A DNA stretch of 64,000 nt, taken from an uncultured Acidobacteriota bacterium. GTDB taxonomy: Bacteria; Acidobacteriota; Terriglobia; UBA7540. The notes below the pieces were generated by a model. It saw only the letters and a list, made by a program, of their open reading frames with translations, was not told the DNA's origin and ran no database searches. Location of the stretch: positions 1,504,001 to 1,568,000 of the forward strand of contig CAWDSK010000003.1 in the NCBI GenBank assembly GCA_963804995.1, in the 5' to 3' direction. The first letter of the stretch is position 1, and every line of letters starts with the position of its first letter. A program made the position numbers and the translations under genes. Of this stretch, positions 51,091 through 61,886 are shown in pieces.

Positions 51091-53805
51091 TCACGCCGGC
51101 TTCAGCAGGCTGCGGAGAACTGTGGGCAGGATGCCGCCGTTGCGATAATAGTTCACTTCCACAGCGGAGTCGAGTCGCGCGATGGCCTGGAAAGTTTGCT
51201 TCCTGCCATTGGGCGCAACGGCGGTCACGGTAAGTTCGGAGCGCGGGCTTATCTCATTGCTCAGGCCCGTGATGTCGAAAACCTCTTGCCCGGTCAGGCC
51301 GAGAGTCGAAGCGTTTGCGCCTTCGCGAAACTGCAACGGCAGCACACCCATACCCACCAGGTTGCTGCGATGAATGCGCTCGTAGGATTCGGCGAGCACC
51401 GCCCGCACTCCCAACAACAGCGTGCCCTTCGCGGCCCAGTCGCGTGACGAGCCTGAGCCGTATTCTATCCCTGCCAGGATAACCAAGGGCACGCCTTCCT
51501 CGCGATAACGCAAGGCGGCATCGTAAATGCTCATCCGTTCGCCGTCGGGAAGGTGCAACGTAATGCCACCTTCCGTTCCTGGGGCAAGCAAATTCTTCAG
51601 CCGGATGTTCGCAAACGTCCCGCGTACCATCACACGATCGTTCCCACGCCGCGAGCCAAAGGAATTGAAGTCCTTCTTCGTCACGCCGTGCTCAACCAAG
51701 AAGCGGCCCGCGGGACCGTCCAACGGAATATCGCCGGCAGGAGAAATGTGGTCCGTGGTCACGGAATCACCGAGCATCGCCAGCACCCGCGCCCCGTGAA
51801 TCTCACGAATGGCAGAAGGGTCAGGCGTCAGTCCGGTAAAGAACGGCGGCTCCTGAATGTAGGTCGAGTCAGCCTGCCAATTGTAGAGCGCGCCCCCGGC
51901 AACAGGAATGGCATTCCAGGTAAGATTCCCATCCCAGGCATTCTGGTAACTCTCGCGAAACATCTCAGGGCGAACCGTGCGGCCCAGGGTCTCTGCCACT
52001 TCCGCTTGCGAAGGCCAGATATCCCGCAAATAGACGGCATTCCCCTGGCGGTCTTTCCCCAGGGGCTCGGTCGCCAAATCGATATCCACCGTTCCTGCCA
52101 GCGCGTACGCCACCACCAGCGGCGGGGAGGCCAGGTAATTGGCGCGCACCTGGGGATGCACGCGGCCTTCAAAATTGCGATTGCCGGAAAGTACCGCCGC
52201 GGCCACAAGCTGATTGTCGCTCACCGCGCTCGCCACTTCCGCGGGCAACGGTCCACTATTGCCAATGCAGGTTGTGCAACCGTAACCCACCAGGTTAAAG
52301 CGCAGCGCCGCGAGTGATTCGAGTAATCCGGCCGCCTGCAAGTATTCCGTTACCACCTTGGAACCGGGTGCGAGACTGGTTTTAACGTAAGGAGGAACCT
52401 GCAAACCCTTTTCGAGCGCCTTCTTCGCCAGCAAACCCGCACCAAGCATCACCGAGGGATTCGAAGTGTTAGTGCAGGAAGTTATAGCGGCGATCACCAC
52501 GGAGCCATGACTGATTTTGGCGCTGGAGCCGTTAAAACCCACACTCGCGCTGCGGCCAGCGTCATCGGCGGAAAGCCCGAACCCCCGCTCTCTTACCGGA
52601 GCCGTCAGCGCGCGACGGAAGGCCTGCTTCATTTGTGAGAGTGGCACACGGTCTTGCGGGCGCTTGGGACCGGCCAGGCTGGGCTCAACCGTTGCGAGAT
52701 CCAGCTCCGACACGTCGGTGAACTCCGGGTCAGGCGTTGCGACGGTCCGGAAGATTCCCTGCTCCTTGGCGTAGCGCTCGACGCGATCAATCTCCTCTTC
52801 GGTGCGCCCCGTCTGGCGCATATAGCGCAGCGTCTCAGCGTCGATGGGGAAGAAGCCCATGGTTGCGCCGTACTCAGGAGACATGTTCGCAACCGTGGCG
52901 CGGTCGGCCAGCGACATCTCTGACAAGCCATCGCCAAAGAATTCCACGAACTGGTCCACCACGCCCTTCTTGCGTAGAATCTGGGTGACCGTCAGGACCA
53001 GGTCCGTGGCTGTCACGCCTTCCATCAGTTTTCCGGTCATGCGGAAGCCCACAACTTTAGGCGTCAGGAAGTAATAAGGTTGCCCCAGCATCGCAGCCTC
53101 GGCTTCGATCCCTCCCACACCCCAGCCCAGCACGCCGAGTCCGTTGATCATCGTGGTGTGCGAATCGGTCCCTACCAGCGTGTCGGGTAAGAGCACCGTA
53201 TCGCCATTCGTCTTCTGGGTTAGAACCACCTTGGCCAGGAATTCCAGATTGACCTGGTGGACAATGCCCGTGGCCGGAGGCACGACGCGAAAGTTTTGAA
53301 ACGCCTGTTGGCCCCAGCGCAGGAATTCGTAGCGCTCGCGGTTGCGTTCAAACTCGATCTCCGCGTTGCGTTCGAGCGCGGCCCCGCTGCCAAAGAAATC
53401 CACTTGCACAGAGTGGTCAATCACCAAATCAACCGGAACCAGAGGATTGATCTTGGCAGGGTCGCCACCCAGGCGCCGCATGGCGGCACGCATCGCGGCC
53501 AAGTCAACAACCGCAGGGACTCCGGTGAAATCCTGCAAAATCACGCGCGCCGGTTTGAAGGGTACTTCTCGTGACGCGGGAGACTTGGCATTCCACTTGA
53601 CGAGCGAGGCGACGTCCTCTTCCGTCACCAGCGTGCCATCACAATTCCGCAGCAAAGCTTCCAGCAGAACTTTGATGGAAAAAGGCAGACGGGATACCGC
53701 GCCCAGCCCCGACTTTTCCAGCCGCTCCAGGCGGTAGATGACGGCGGGGCCGCTGCTGCTTTCAAGTGTACCGCGTGCTCCAAAAAGGTCGTGTGTTCTC
53801 TCCAT
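51091..53805 (-). CDS. acnA: Aconitate hydratase A
   Basis: [51 protein letters not shown]. Confidence 0.98.
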   Translation of the reverse strand: MERTHDLFGARGTLESSSGPAVIYRLERLEKSGLGAVSRLPFSIKVLLEALLRNCDGTLVTEEDVASLVKWNAKSPASREVPFKPARVILQDFTGVPAVVDLAAMRAAMRRLGGDPAKINPLVPVDLVIDHSVQVDFFGSGAALERNAEIEFERNRERYEFLRWGQQAFQNFRVVPPATGIVHQVNLEFLAKVVLTQKTNGDTVLLPDTLVGTDSHTTMINGLGVLGWGVGGIEAEAAMLGQPYYFLTPKVVGFRMTGKLMEGVTATDLVLTVTQILRKKGVVDQFVEFFGDGLSEMSLADRATVANMSPEYGATMGFFPIDAETLRYMRQTGRTEEEIDRVERYAKEQGIFRTVATPDPEFTDVSELDLATVEPSLAGPKRPQDRVPLSQMKQAFRRALTAPVRERGFGLSADDAGRSASVGFNGSSAKISHGSVVIAAITSCTNTSNPSVMLGAGLLAKKALEKGLQVPPYVKTSLAPGSKVVTEYLQAAGLLESLAALRFNLVGYGCTTCIGNSGPLPAEVASAVSDNQLVAAAVLSGNRNFEGRVHPQVRANYLASPPLVVAYALAGTVDIDLATEPLGKDRQGNAVYLRDIWPSQAEVAETLGRTVRPEMFRESYQNAWDGNLTWNAIPVAGGALYNWQADSTYIQEPPFFTGLTPDPSAIREIHGARVLAMLGDSVTTDHISPAGDIPLDGPAGRFLVEHGVTKKDFNSFGSRRGNDRVMVRGTFANIRLKNLLAPGTEGGITLHLPDGERMSIYDAALRYREEGVPLVILAGIEYGSGSSRDWAAKGTLLLGVRAVLAESYERIHRSNLVGMGVLPLQFREGANASTLGLTGQEVFDITGLSNEISPRSELTVTAVAPNGRKQTFQAIARLDSAVEVNYYRNGGILPTVLRSLLKPA

Positions 53806-53942
53806 GCTTCCTCCGTAACTTCTACGATCCATGATAACGCCGAAGCGGGCGGGCAGTATGCGCTAGGCAGTCAGCAGATGGCGGTAGGCAATGTTGACAT
53901 AATATTATGCGCGCCCTAGTTAGCCCCTTGCTACCAGCGAAG

Positions 53943-54015
53943 GGACCCCTCACCCGTCCCGCCCCGACTGGTGAAAGCGCCGGCCGCGGTCCACCCTCTC
54001 CCCACGGGAGAGGGC
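53943..54015. repeat. Family B hairpin repeat
   Basis: ACCCCTCACCCGTCCCGCCCCGACTGGTGAAAGCGCCGGCCGCGGTCCACCCTCTCCCC. Confidence 0.8.
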
Positions 54016-54138
54016 TAGGAATCAAAGTCTCCTCACCGGAGAGGGTCGGATATCAGAATCTGCGCCAGCTTCGAAAATGCAAAATCACAAATCTAAAATC
54101 CCAGAAAGCGGCAGTGCTTTCTGCTTTCTGCTTTCCGC

Positions 54139-55674
54139 CTACTGCCTTCTGCCTCCCGCCTTCCCTCCCCATCCCGGCGCCACATACCCCAGGGCTTTCT
54201 CCGCCGCGGCCCTTCCGGTCCGGATGCAGTCTGAGATCCCAATCCCCGAATAAGCGTTTCCTGAAAGATACAAACCGGGAAGCTCGGCAAGGCGCTCTTC
54301 GATGGCACGCACGCGCTCCGCATGGCCCACCGGGTATTGCGCCATCGAGGCGGGCCAGCGATGCACTCGGTAGAAGAGTGGCTCGGCAGTGAAATTCAAA
54401 ATCTCTTTCAGCTCGCGCCGCACCACGGTGACGACTTCTTCGTCACCGAGGCCAAGCGCTTTCGGATCGCGCCATCCACCCAGAAAGCAGCGGAGCAGCG
54501 CTTTCCCTTCTGGAGCGCGGTGGTCGAACTTGGCGTGAACAAAGGTGCAGGCCAACATGCGTCGCTGCTCCTTGCGGGGGACCAGAAATCCGAAGCCTGC
54601 GGGGAGGGTGGCCCGCGCGCGGTCATCAAAGGCGAGCGAGACAGTCATCGAGGAACTATAAGGGATGCCCTCAAGCAACTCACTCAAGCGATGATCCAAG
54701 GAGGGAACCAATCCGCCATTCACGTACGCGGGCAGGGCGAGAATCACTGCATCCGCGTCGAAAGACGGGTGGCCTTCACATCCAATCTGGAATCGTCGCG
54801 AGCAGGAATCAGCAACACCCCCGGGCCCCCCCGGCGCAAACTCAATCGAGGCCACGCGGCGCCCCACAAACACTCGCGACTTCTCCACCTGGGCCGCAAG
54901 CTTTTCCGTCATCTGCTGGAGCCCGCCCTTGAGAGTCATGAAGAGCGGCAGCTTGCGAGGCGGCGCGGTGCCCGTTCCCGCCGAATCCAGGCCATTCGAG
55001 TTATTCGAGTTCGCCTCGCGTCGCTTCCGCATAGCCTGGAGTGTGGCACGCGTCAGGCTGCCGTACTTACGTTCCATCTCCCAAAAACGCGGCAGCACAG
55101 AACGGACGCTGAGCGCCGTTGAATCGCCACCATAAACGCCAGCCAGCAACGGGTCGGCGATATTCTCAACCATCGCCTGCCCGAAGTGCCGATTGACGAA
55201 GCACGCTACCGACTCATCCCCCCGATCCTGATCCGGAGGTGAGCAAAATAGTTCGCGCGCCGCTGCAATTTTCGCGCTGAGTGGAAGTAAGCGCGTTGTC
55301 ACCATCGGCCAGAGACGCGTGGGCACCAAAAACATCAACCCATCGGGCAGCGGCGCCAATTGCCCCTGATGGAGAATGTACGTGCGGCGCGCCTGGTCAT
55401 TCGAGCCCATCAGGTTGTCGCCCAACCCCAGTTCCCGCGCCAAGGCGGCGGCTTGCGGCTTTTCGGCGAGAAAACTGTCGGGCCCGGCTTCGATCACGAA
55501 GCCGTCAATCGTGTCGGTGCGAATCACGCCGCCCAAGCGGTCGCTTGCCTCGATCAGTATTTCCTCGACGGGCGCACCGGCCTGGCGAGCGCGAGCGAGC
55601 GTGTAGGCGGCGGCGAGGCCGGAAATTCCTCCGCCAATCACCGCCACTCGTCGAACATTGCTCCCGTCACTCAA
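54139..55674 (-). CDS. hemY: HemY-type protoporphyrinogen/coproporphyrinogen oxidase
   Basis: IGGGISGLAAAY, RLGG, EAGPDSF, GFGFLVP, MAQYPVGH, GIGISDC. Confidence 0.93.
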   Translation of the reverse strand: MSDGSNVRRVAVIGGGISGLAAAYTLARARQAGAPVEEILIEASDRLGGVIRTDTIDGFVIEAGPDSFLAEKPQAAALARELGLGDNLMGSNDQARRTYILHQGQLAPLPDGLMFLVPTRLWPMVTTRLLPLSAKIAAARELFCSPPDQDRGDESVACFVNRHFGQAMVENIADPLLAGVYGGDSTALSVRSVLPRFWEMERKYGSLTRATLQAMRKRREANSNNSNGLDSAGTGTAPPRKLPLFMTLKGGLQQMTEKLAAQVEKSRVFVGRRVASIEFAPGGPGGVADSCSRRFQIGCEGHPSFDADAVILALPAYVNGGLVPSLDHRLSELLEGIPYSSSMTVSLAFDDRARATLPAGFGFLVPRKEQRRMLACTFVHAKFDHRAPEGKALLRCFLGGWRDPKALGLGDEEVVTVVRRELKEILNFTAEPLFYRVHRWPASMAQYPVGHAERVRAIEERLAELPGLYLSGNAYSGIGISDCIRTGRAAAEKALGYVAPGWGGKAGGRRQ

Positions 55675-55773
55675 ATCTTTATGCTCCCGACTCTGATTAG
55701 GAAGATGCTATAGCTTGGTGTGCAAACAATATGTTTGGCCGCCAAAATCACCGATGGTCAGTAGCTAGCGTGG

Positions 55774-56032
55774 CGCCCCGATGATAGTTTTTGAATTTAT
55801 AAGTTGTAAATAGTCCTGACGCCCCGTCCGTGGAAGTAACCCCTCATCCGTCCTCCTACGTCGGCCACCTTCTCCCCTGGGAGAAGGCTGGGACCTACGG
55901 TGCCTAGCCCTCTCCGAGGGGAGAGGGTGGACCGCCGCCGGCGTCTTCATCAGCCGGGGCGGGACGGGTGAGGGGTCACTTGGGCGTTTGAGAATTCTAC
56001 AAGCTAAAAATCCAAAAACCATCATCGGGGCG
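55774..56032. mobile_element. MITE-like element with about 19-bp inverted ends enclosing a family B doublet; no TSD evident
   Basis: CGCCCCGATGATAGTTTTT ... AAAAACCATCATCGGGGCG; the interior is an inverted copy of the 18606-18780 cargo. Confidence 0.6.
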
Positions 56033-56101
56033 GTTCTTTATCAGATTCGCGCTGCCGAATCGGGGGCAGCTCCCATCGTTGAGATCTGAGTTCTTTCGCA
56101 T

Positions 56102-56139
56102 GAAGAGCCGCGGACCTCAACAGCGGAGGTCCGCGCTAC
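56102..56139. repeat. REP family A unit
   Basis: GAAGAGCCGCGGACCTCAACAGCGGAGGTCCGCGCTAC. Confidence 0.85.
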
Positions 56140-56149
56140 GATCTGTTCC

Positions 56150-57112
56150 CTATTCCCTATTCCCTGTTCCCTGTTCTTTGTTCTCTATACGTGCCGTCAC
56201 CAGGCTGGCCAGCGCCGCCGCGAACTGCGGACTGTCGTTCAGCGATTCCGAGCGCCGCACCGTAACGCCCCGTGCCCTTCCGAAATCACGAAACAGCACA
56301 TCGATATCGTAAAGGATTTCCACGTGGTCAGAAACAAATCCCACCGGCGCCAGCAAAACGTCCTTCACCCCTGCCGCGGCCAACTCCTCGATCTGCGATT
56401 CGACGGTCGGCCCAATCCACTTCTCGGCGGTCATTCCCTGGCTTTGGAACGCTATGCGATATTCATCCAAGCCTGCCGCCCTTGCCACCAGCGCCGCTGT
56501 TTCGCGCACTTGCTGCTCGTACGGATCACCCTCCGCGATCGTCCGTTCAGGCACACTATGTGCGGTGAAGATGACGGGGATCTGTCCGCCAGTCTCCTGC
56601 TCGGCGCGCTGGATTGCAGTCAGGAGGCGCTCGCGGAACGCCTCAATCAAGCCAGGGTGGTTATGCCAGCTCTCCACAAAATCCACTTTCAGCCGGGGCC
56701 CCGCCTGCGCCACCGCTTCCATCAGGTTTTTTCGATACAACCCGATGCTGGTACGAGAATTCTGTGGCGCGAGACAAACTGCCACGACGCGCTCCACGCC
56801 GTCAACCAAGAGACGGCCCACCGCCTCAGGAATAAACGGCCGCCAGTTCCGCATCCCCACGTAAACCGGATACGCAATCAACTTCGCCAGTGCTTCCGCC
56901 TGCAGCATAGTCAGTCGCAGGAGTGGCGACCCACCGCCGATCAGGCTGTAGCGGTGCGCAATTTCTTTCACTATAGGGTCAGATAAGGGCCGCCCGCCCC
57001 GTACGTTCAACAGGAATTCCGGGATGTCCTCGAGTTCGTCCGGGGCTCCGTGCGCGAGCAACAGGACTCCCCAACGAACTGCGTTTTGTGATTTGGGTTC
57101 TTGCATGATCAT
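56150..57112 (-). CDS. hemH: Ferrochelatase
   Basis: LLLAHGAP, GGGSPL, GMRNW, FTAHS, FQSQG, GFVSDHVEILYDID. Confidence 0.95.
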   Translation of the reverse strand: MIMQEPKSQNAVRWGVLLLAHGAPDELEDIPEFLLNVRGGRPLSDPIVKEIAHRYSLIGGGSPLLRLTMLQAEALAKLIAYPVYVGMRNWRPFIPEAVGRLLVDGVERVVAVCLAPQNSRTSIGLYRKNLMEAVAQAGPRLKVDFVESWHNHPGLIEAFRERLLTAIQRAEQETGGQIPVIFTAHSVPERTIAEGDPYEQQVRETAALVARAAGLDEYRIAFQSQGMTAEKWIGPTVESQIEELAAAGVKDVLLAPVGFVSDHVEILYDIDVLFRDFGRARGVTVRRSESLNDSPQFAAALASLVTARIENKEQGTGNRE

Positions 57113-57366
57113 GCCCCGCGTACCGGGCGGCCCCGCCTCGGCGCCAATCTGCAAGCGCCATTCTTGGAAGCCCGCGCATCTGTATCCCTTTGAATATACC
57201 ACGCGATGAACAAGTTGGGCCCGTCGCTCCACAGGGAGTCCGCACGCTATTTCTAACTCGGGTGCTATCTCCCAGCCCGCGCAGGAAAACTCCGGGAACC
57301 TTCTATCAGGACGTTCCGTATTACCCACTAGGAAAGCTTGGCCACTACGCCCGATGGAGCAATGAA

Positions 57367-59811
57367 ATGGAAATCTTATTGCGGGATGTCCGTTACGCCC
57401 TCCGGACAATCAAAAACGCCCCCGGCTTCGCCGCCGTCATCATCATTTCGATCGCACTGGGAATTGCCGCCAATGCTACCGTCTTCAGTGTCGCCAATGG
57501 CCTCCTGTGGGGTGTGTTGCCAGTGAAAGATCCAGGACGCCTGGTGATTTTCGCGGAGGGCGAATCCATCTCTTATCCCGACTTCTTGGACTATCGCGAT
57601 CAAACCGCGCAGGTCTTTGAAGGCGGCGTGTTTGCCCACTTTCCCCTGGTCCCCGCAAGCCTGGGGGGCAAGGGCGAGCCCGAGCGTATCTGGGGCCAAA
57701 TGGTCAGCGGCAACTACTTCTCCGTCGCGGGCACAACTCCCTTCCTCGGCCGCGCCATCCTGCCCGTGGAGGATACCGTCCGGAACCGCGACGCCGTGGT
57801 CGTTTTGAGCCATGCGTTGTGGCAGCGACGTTTCGGCCAAGACCGGTCAATCCTGGATAAACCCGTGGTACTGAATGGTCAGCGCTACACCGTAATAGGT
57901 GTCATGCCCCCGGGCTTTTATGGCACGGAGCACGGGATGGTGTCGGAGTTCTGGGTTCCGCTGGCCATGGCCGAACAGATCATGCCCGACCTCACAAAAT
58001 TTAATCCGTTCACCGACCGGGATAACTGTTGGTTGACCCTGAATGCTCGCCTGAAGCCCAACGTGAGTCACGCTCAGGCGGTGGCGGCAGTGAACGTCGT
58101 CAAGAAACGGATTGATGATACCTACCACCATAATGAAAAAGAGCACCAGCGGCCCCTAACGCTCGATCCCGCCGGCGGGTTGATCGCGGGGTCGCAGACG
58201 TTGGCCCTGAACCTGATGGTCGTGCTGATGGTGGTGGTCGGCCTCGTGTTGTTGGTGGCCTGCGCCAATGTCGCCAACCTGCTGCTGGCGCGCGCCACGG
58301 GCCGCCAGCGCGAGATTGCCATCCGGTTGGCGATGGGCGCCAGCCACAGGCAGGTGGTGCGGCAGTTGCTCACCGAGAGTGTTTTGCTCTCGCTTGGGGG
58401 CGCGGTAGTGGGCTTCGGGCTGGCAGCCATCGCGGCGCGGACGATTTCCCGTTTTGAGTTGCCGGTGCCCTTCCCGGTCGTGTTTGATTTCAACGTGGAC
58501 CTGCGGGTCCTGGCTTTCACGGCTGGTCTTTCCGTCCTGACCGGTGTCCTGTTCGGACTCGCTCCAGCGCTGCGCGCCACGCGTCCGGACCTGGTGGCGG
58601 CGCTCAAGAATGAGTCGACAGTCTTCGGACCCGTGCGGGGATTTGGTTTGCGCAATGGCCTGGTGGTTGTGCAGGTGGCGCTGTCGCTGGTGCTACTGGC
58701 GGGCGCGGGTCTTTTCCTCCGCAGCCTGCAGAATGCCTCCTCCATCGACATCGGCATGAAACCAGACAATATTCTGCTGATGGCGGTCGATCCGAAACTG
58801 CACGCTTACTCTCCCGAAAAGACACGGCAATTTCTTGCGCAGCTTCGCGAACGCGTTTCGGCACTGCCGGGAGTGCGCTCGGTGAGCTATGTTGACACGC
58901 TCCCCCTCAGCATCGGTGGGACCAGCTATAACTTTGCGGTGGCGAACGGCAAGGGGGGCGCGAAGCAGGATGTGAATGCCGATGTTTACAGCGTGGGCAG
59001 CGGCTATTTTGGCACCGTAGGCATTCCGCTGCTGCGGGGCCGTGACTTCAGCCCCAAGACCGACGACGGACACGTGGCGATAATCAATGCGGCCATGGCG
59101 CGTCGAATTTTCGGCACCGAGGACCCCTTGGGCCGCCAGATGGTCGGCGATAAGATTCCCTACACGATCATCGGTGTGGCGCACGACTCCAAATCGCGCA
59201 CCCTCGGCGAGGAAACCAAGAATTGCGCCTATTTGTTTCTGGAAGCGGCGCCCGAGAAAGTCTTCAGCTTTTTTGGGATTTCGATTGTCGTGAAGACGGC
59301 GATGAATCCACGGAGTCTGCTGCTGCCCATCCGGGCACAAATTGCCGCTCTCGACCCGGACCTTGCCATCTTCAACCCCGAGACCATGCAGGAACATGTG
59401 AACAAATCCATGTTGCTGCCGCGAATTTCGGCCATCCTGCTGGGAGTATTCGGAGCGGTGGGCCTGACCCTGGCCACCATCGGCCTCTATGGTGTGATGA
59501 GCTACTCAGTGCGGCGCCGCACCCGCGAGATCGGCATCCGCATGGCCCTGGGCGCCCGCCCCCGCGGGGTCCTGTGGATGGTCTTGCGCCAGGGCCTCAT
59601 GCTGACCGGCGTGGGACTGGTCATCGGGCTGGGCCTTGCTCTGGCCTTGGGCCGCTTCACTGCCAGCCTCCTCTATGGCGTCAGCGGCACAGACCTACTG
59701 ACGTTCCTCACGGTGCCCGCGGTGTTGCTCGCAGCGGCGCTTGCCGCAATGGTATTTCCGGCGCTTCGCGCCGCGCGTGTCGAGCCCACCACGGCACTGC
59801 GCTATGAATAA
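57367..59811 (+). CDS. ADOP-type duplicated ABC permease
   Basis: DVRYALR, LVACANVANLLLAR, REIAIRLAMGA, VVVQVALSLVLL, REIGIRMALGA, ALRYE. Confidence 0.93.
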   Translation: MEILLRDVRYALRTIKNAPGFAAVIIISIALGIAANATVFSVANGLLWGVLPVKDPGRLVIFAEGESISYPDFLDYRDQTAQVFEGGVFAHFPLVPASLGGKGEPERIWGQMVSGNYFSVAGTTPFLGRAILPVEDTVRNRDAVVVLSHALWQRRFGQDRSILDKPVVLNGQRYTVIGVMPPGFYGTEHGMVSEFWVPLAMAEQIMPDLTKFNPFTDRDNCWLTLNARLKPNVSHAQAVAAVNVVKKRIDDTYHHNEKEHQRPLTLDPAGGLIAGSQTLALNLMVVLMVVVGLVLLVACANVANLLLARATGRQREIAIRLAMGASHRQVVRQLLTESVLLSLGGAVVGFGLAAIAARTISRFELPVPFPVVFDFNVDLRVLAFTAGLSVLTGVLFGLAPALRATRPDLVAALKNESTVFGPVRGFGLRNGLVVVQVALSLVLLAGAGLFLRSLQNASSIDIGMKPDNILLMAVDPKLHAYSPEKTRQFLAQLRERVSALPGVRSVSYVDTLPLSIGGTSYNFAVANGKGGAKQDVNADVYSVGSGYFGTVGIPLLRGRDFSPKTDDGHVAIINAAMARRIFGTEDPLGRQMVGDKIPYTIIGVAHDSKSRTLGEETKNCAYLFLEAAPEKVFSFFGISIVVKTAMNPRSLLLPIRAQIAALDPDLAIFNPETMQEHVNKSMLLPRISAILLGVFGAVGLTLATIGLYGVMSYSVRRRTREIGIRMALGARPRGVLWMVLRQGLMLTGVGLVIGLGLALALGRFTASLLYGVSGTDLLTFLTVPAVLLAAALAAMVFPALRAARVEPTTALRYE

Positions 59812-59866
59812 CCCGTGTGAATCCCGCTTCAGGTCTACGGCCCAGAGGGAACAATCCAGAGCTTGT

Positions 59867-60223
59867 TCAGGGATTTGAAACGAGAGGAAGATCTCGCGCG
59901 GCCTCCTCTGTCGTCGGGTAAACGTCGATAATCTTGATGATTTGGGTGAGCTTCAGGACTCCTTCGACCATGCCCTTCACGCCCGTCAAGCGCAACGTTC
60001 CACTCAACTTCTTAAATCTCCCCAGACTTCTTACGATGGTTCCAATGCCGGCACTATCGATAAAGGTCACGCCTGAAAGATCGAAGATGACCGACGTCTC
60101 ATTCTGACGAATCATCTCTTCCACTTGCTGTTCAATTTGCTGACAATTTGCTCCGATGCGGACACTGCCTGTCATGCCAAGAACCACAACGCCCGGGCGG
60201 ATCTGCTTTTTGATGAATTCCAT
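59867..60223 (-). CDS. STAS-domain anti-sigma factor antagonist
   Basis: DLSGVTFIDSAGIG with conserved Ser. Confidence 0.9.
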   Translation of the reverse strand: MEFIKKQIRPGVVVLGMTGSVRIGANCQQIEQQVEEMIRQNETSVIFDLSGVTFIDSAGIGTIVRSLGRFKKLSGTLRLTGVKGMVEGVLKLTQIIKIIDVYPTTEEAARDLPLVSNP

Positions 60224-60293
60224 GATTTCATGCGCCTCACTTTGTGAATTGGACCGTCATCGGCCGGAGCCAGTTGCCCCCCACATAGCTGCT

Positions 60294-60587
60294 TCAATTC
60301 CGCTCCTCTCCCTCGTAAGGGAATTCGCGGATCAATCGCAGACAGCCCTCCAGGGCTTCCCACACAGAATCTCCCCACCCCGAGGGCAATAATGCGGCGG
60401 TTTTCTGATTCACCTGCTTATCCGCCTCAGCAAAGAAGCGCACGCGCTGGCCAGCGGGAGGCAGGGCGTACTCTTTCACCGTGATCTGAAAGGCCACGTC
60501 GCCTCCCGGCTGGCATTTCTTCATGGTGAAAAAATGGAGTTGAGCTAGGTCTTCGGAACGGTTGGTAGACGTAAAGTGCCACTCCAC
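60294..60587 (-). CDS. Hypothetical protein (97 aa)
   Basis: GTG start with GAGGAGG RBS, globular-looking composition, co-oriented with the STAS gene. Confidence 0.65.
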   Translation of the reverse strand: MEWHFTSTNRSEDLAQLHFFTMKKCQPGGDVAFQITVKEYALPPAGQRVRFFAEADKQVNQKTAALLPSGWGDSVWEALEGCLRLIREFPYEGEERN

Positions 60588-60812
60588 TGCTTGGGCCTCC
60601 TCGACAAAGTTTGACTGGTCACCGTAGGTGTGATGCAGAACAGTTTCATCTTAGGATGCGTCGCGAGCCGTGTCAACCAATCGAGGAGTGAACGCTTTCC
60701 GCCACCTGCTACCTGTGCTAGAGTTTCGCATTCGGGTAGGCGCTCCACCCGGGGTCCCAGCGGGAGGCGGCGTGCACCAGGGCACTTGAAACCCAGTGAA
60801 GGGGAATTGGGC

Positions 60813-61784
60813 ATGAGACATCGCAGGTTTGGACGCACCGGATGGATGGTGAGCGAGATTGGGTATGGCATGTGGGGCATGGGGGGCTGGACTGGCTCTG
60901 ATGACACAGAATCAGTCCGCTCCTTGCAGCGAGCGGTTGACCTGGGCTGCAATTTCTTCGACACGGCCTGGGCATACGGCAATGGCCATAGCGAAGAGCT
61001 GCTCGGCTGGCTGGTACGCAATAACCCGGGGGAAAAACTCTACGTGGCCACGAAAATCCCACCCAAAAATCTCGCCTGGCCCAGCCGGCGCGAGTTCACG
61101 CTGGACGACTGTTTCCCTCCCGACCACATTGAGCAGTACATCTCCTCAAGTCTTGAAAACCTGGGTCTCACCAGCTTTGACCTGATTCAGTTTCACACTT
61201 GGGAAGATTCCTGGCTCGAGGACGACCGCTGGGTGAAGAAGATCGACGATCTGCGCCACCAGAAAGTGTTCAGCGCCGTGGGCATCAGCATCAATCGCTG
61301 GGAACCGTGGAACGGCGTGCGCGCGGTGCAGTCAGGCCTGATCGATGCTGTGCAGGTCATCTACAACATTTTTGACCAGAACCCCGAAGATGAACTGTTC
61401 CCGGCCTGTGCGGCGTTGGATGTGGGCATCATTGCGCGTGTTCCTTTTGACGAAGGCTCGCTCACTGGCACAATCACCTTGGAGACCCATTGGCCCCAAG
61501 GTGATTGGCGCAACACCTACTTTGTGCCTCAGAATTTGAAAGCCACCGTCGACCGCGTGGAGGCGCTCAAGCCCCTCGTTCCTCGCGGCATGACGATGCC
61601 GGAGATGGCACTGCGTTTCATCCTGAATAACCCCGCCGTCGGTACTATCATCCCCGGCATGCGGAAGGTGAAGAACGTTCAGGAAAACCTGGGCGCGAGC
61701 GACAAGGGTCCCCTCCCGGTTGACCTGCACGCCGAACTCCGCAAGCACCGTTGGGACCGTACGCCAACCAAGTGGTCGCAGTGA
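60813..61784 (+). CDS. Aldo/keto reductase
   Basis: VSEIGYG, FDTAWAYG, ATK, IQFH, QVIYN, IIPG. Confidence 0.93.
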   Translation: MRHRRFGRTGWMVSEIGYGMWGMGGWTGSDDTESVRSLQRAVDLGCNFFDTAWAYGNGHSEELLGWLVRNNPGEKLYVATKIPPKNLAWPSRREFTLDDCFPPDHIEQYISSSLENLGLTSFDLIQFHTWEDSWLEDDRWVKKIDDLRHQKVFSAVGISINRWEPWNGVRAVQSGLIDAVQVIYNIFDQNPEDELFPACAALDVGIIARVPFDEGSLTGTITLETHWPQGDWRNTYFVPQNLKATVDRVEALKPLVPRGMTMPEMALRFILNNPAVGTIIPGMRKVKNVQENLGASDKGPLPVDLHAELRKHRWDRTPTKWSQ

Positions 61785-61886
61785 CCGTGTCGGGCGGTAC
61801 TTCAGGATTATTTGGATCGGACTGTGCGGCCGCGGTAGGGAATATCAAAGCCCATGTCTTAATCGCTGACATTAAGGGAGCTCATC

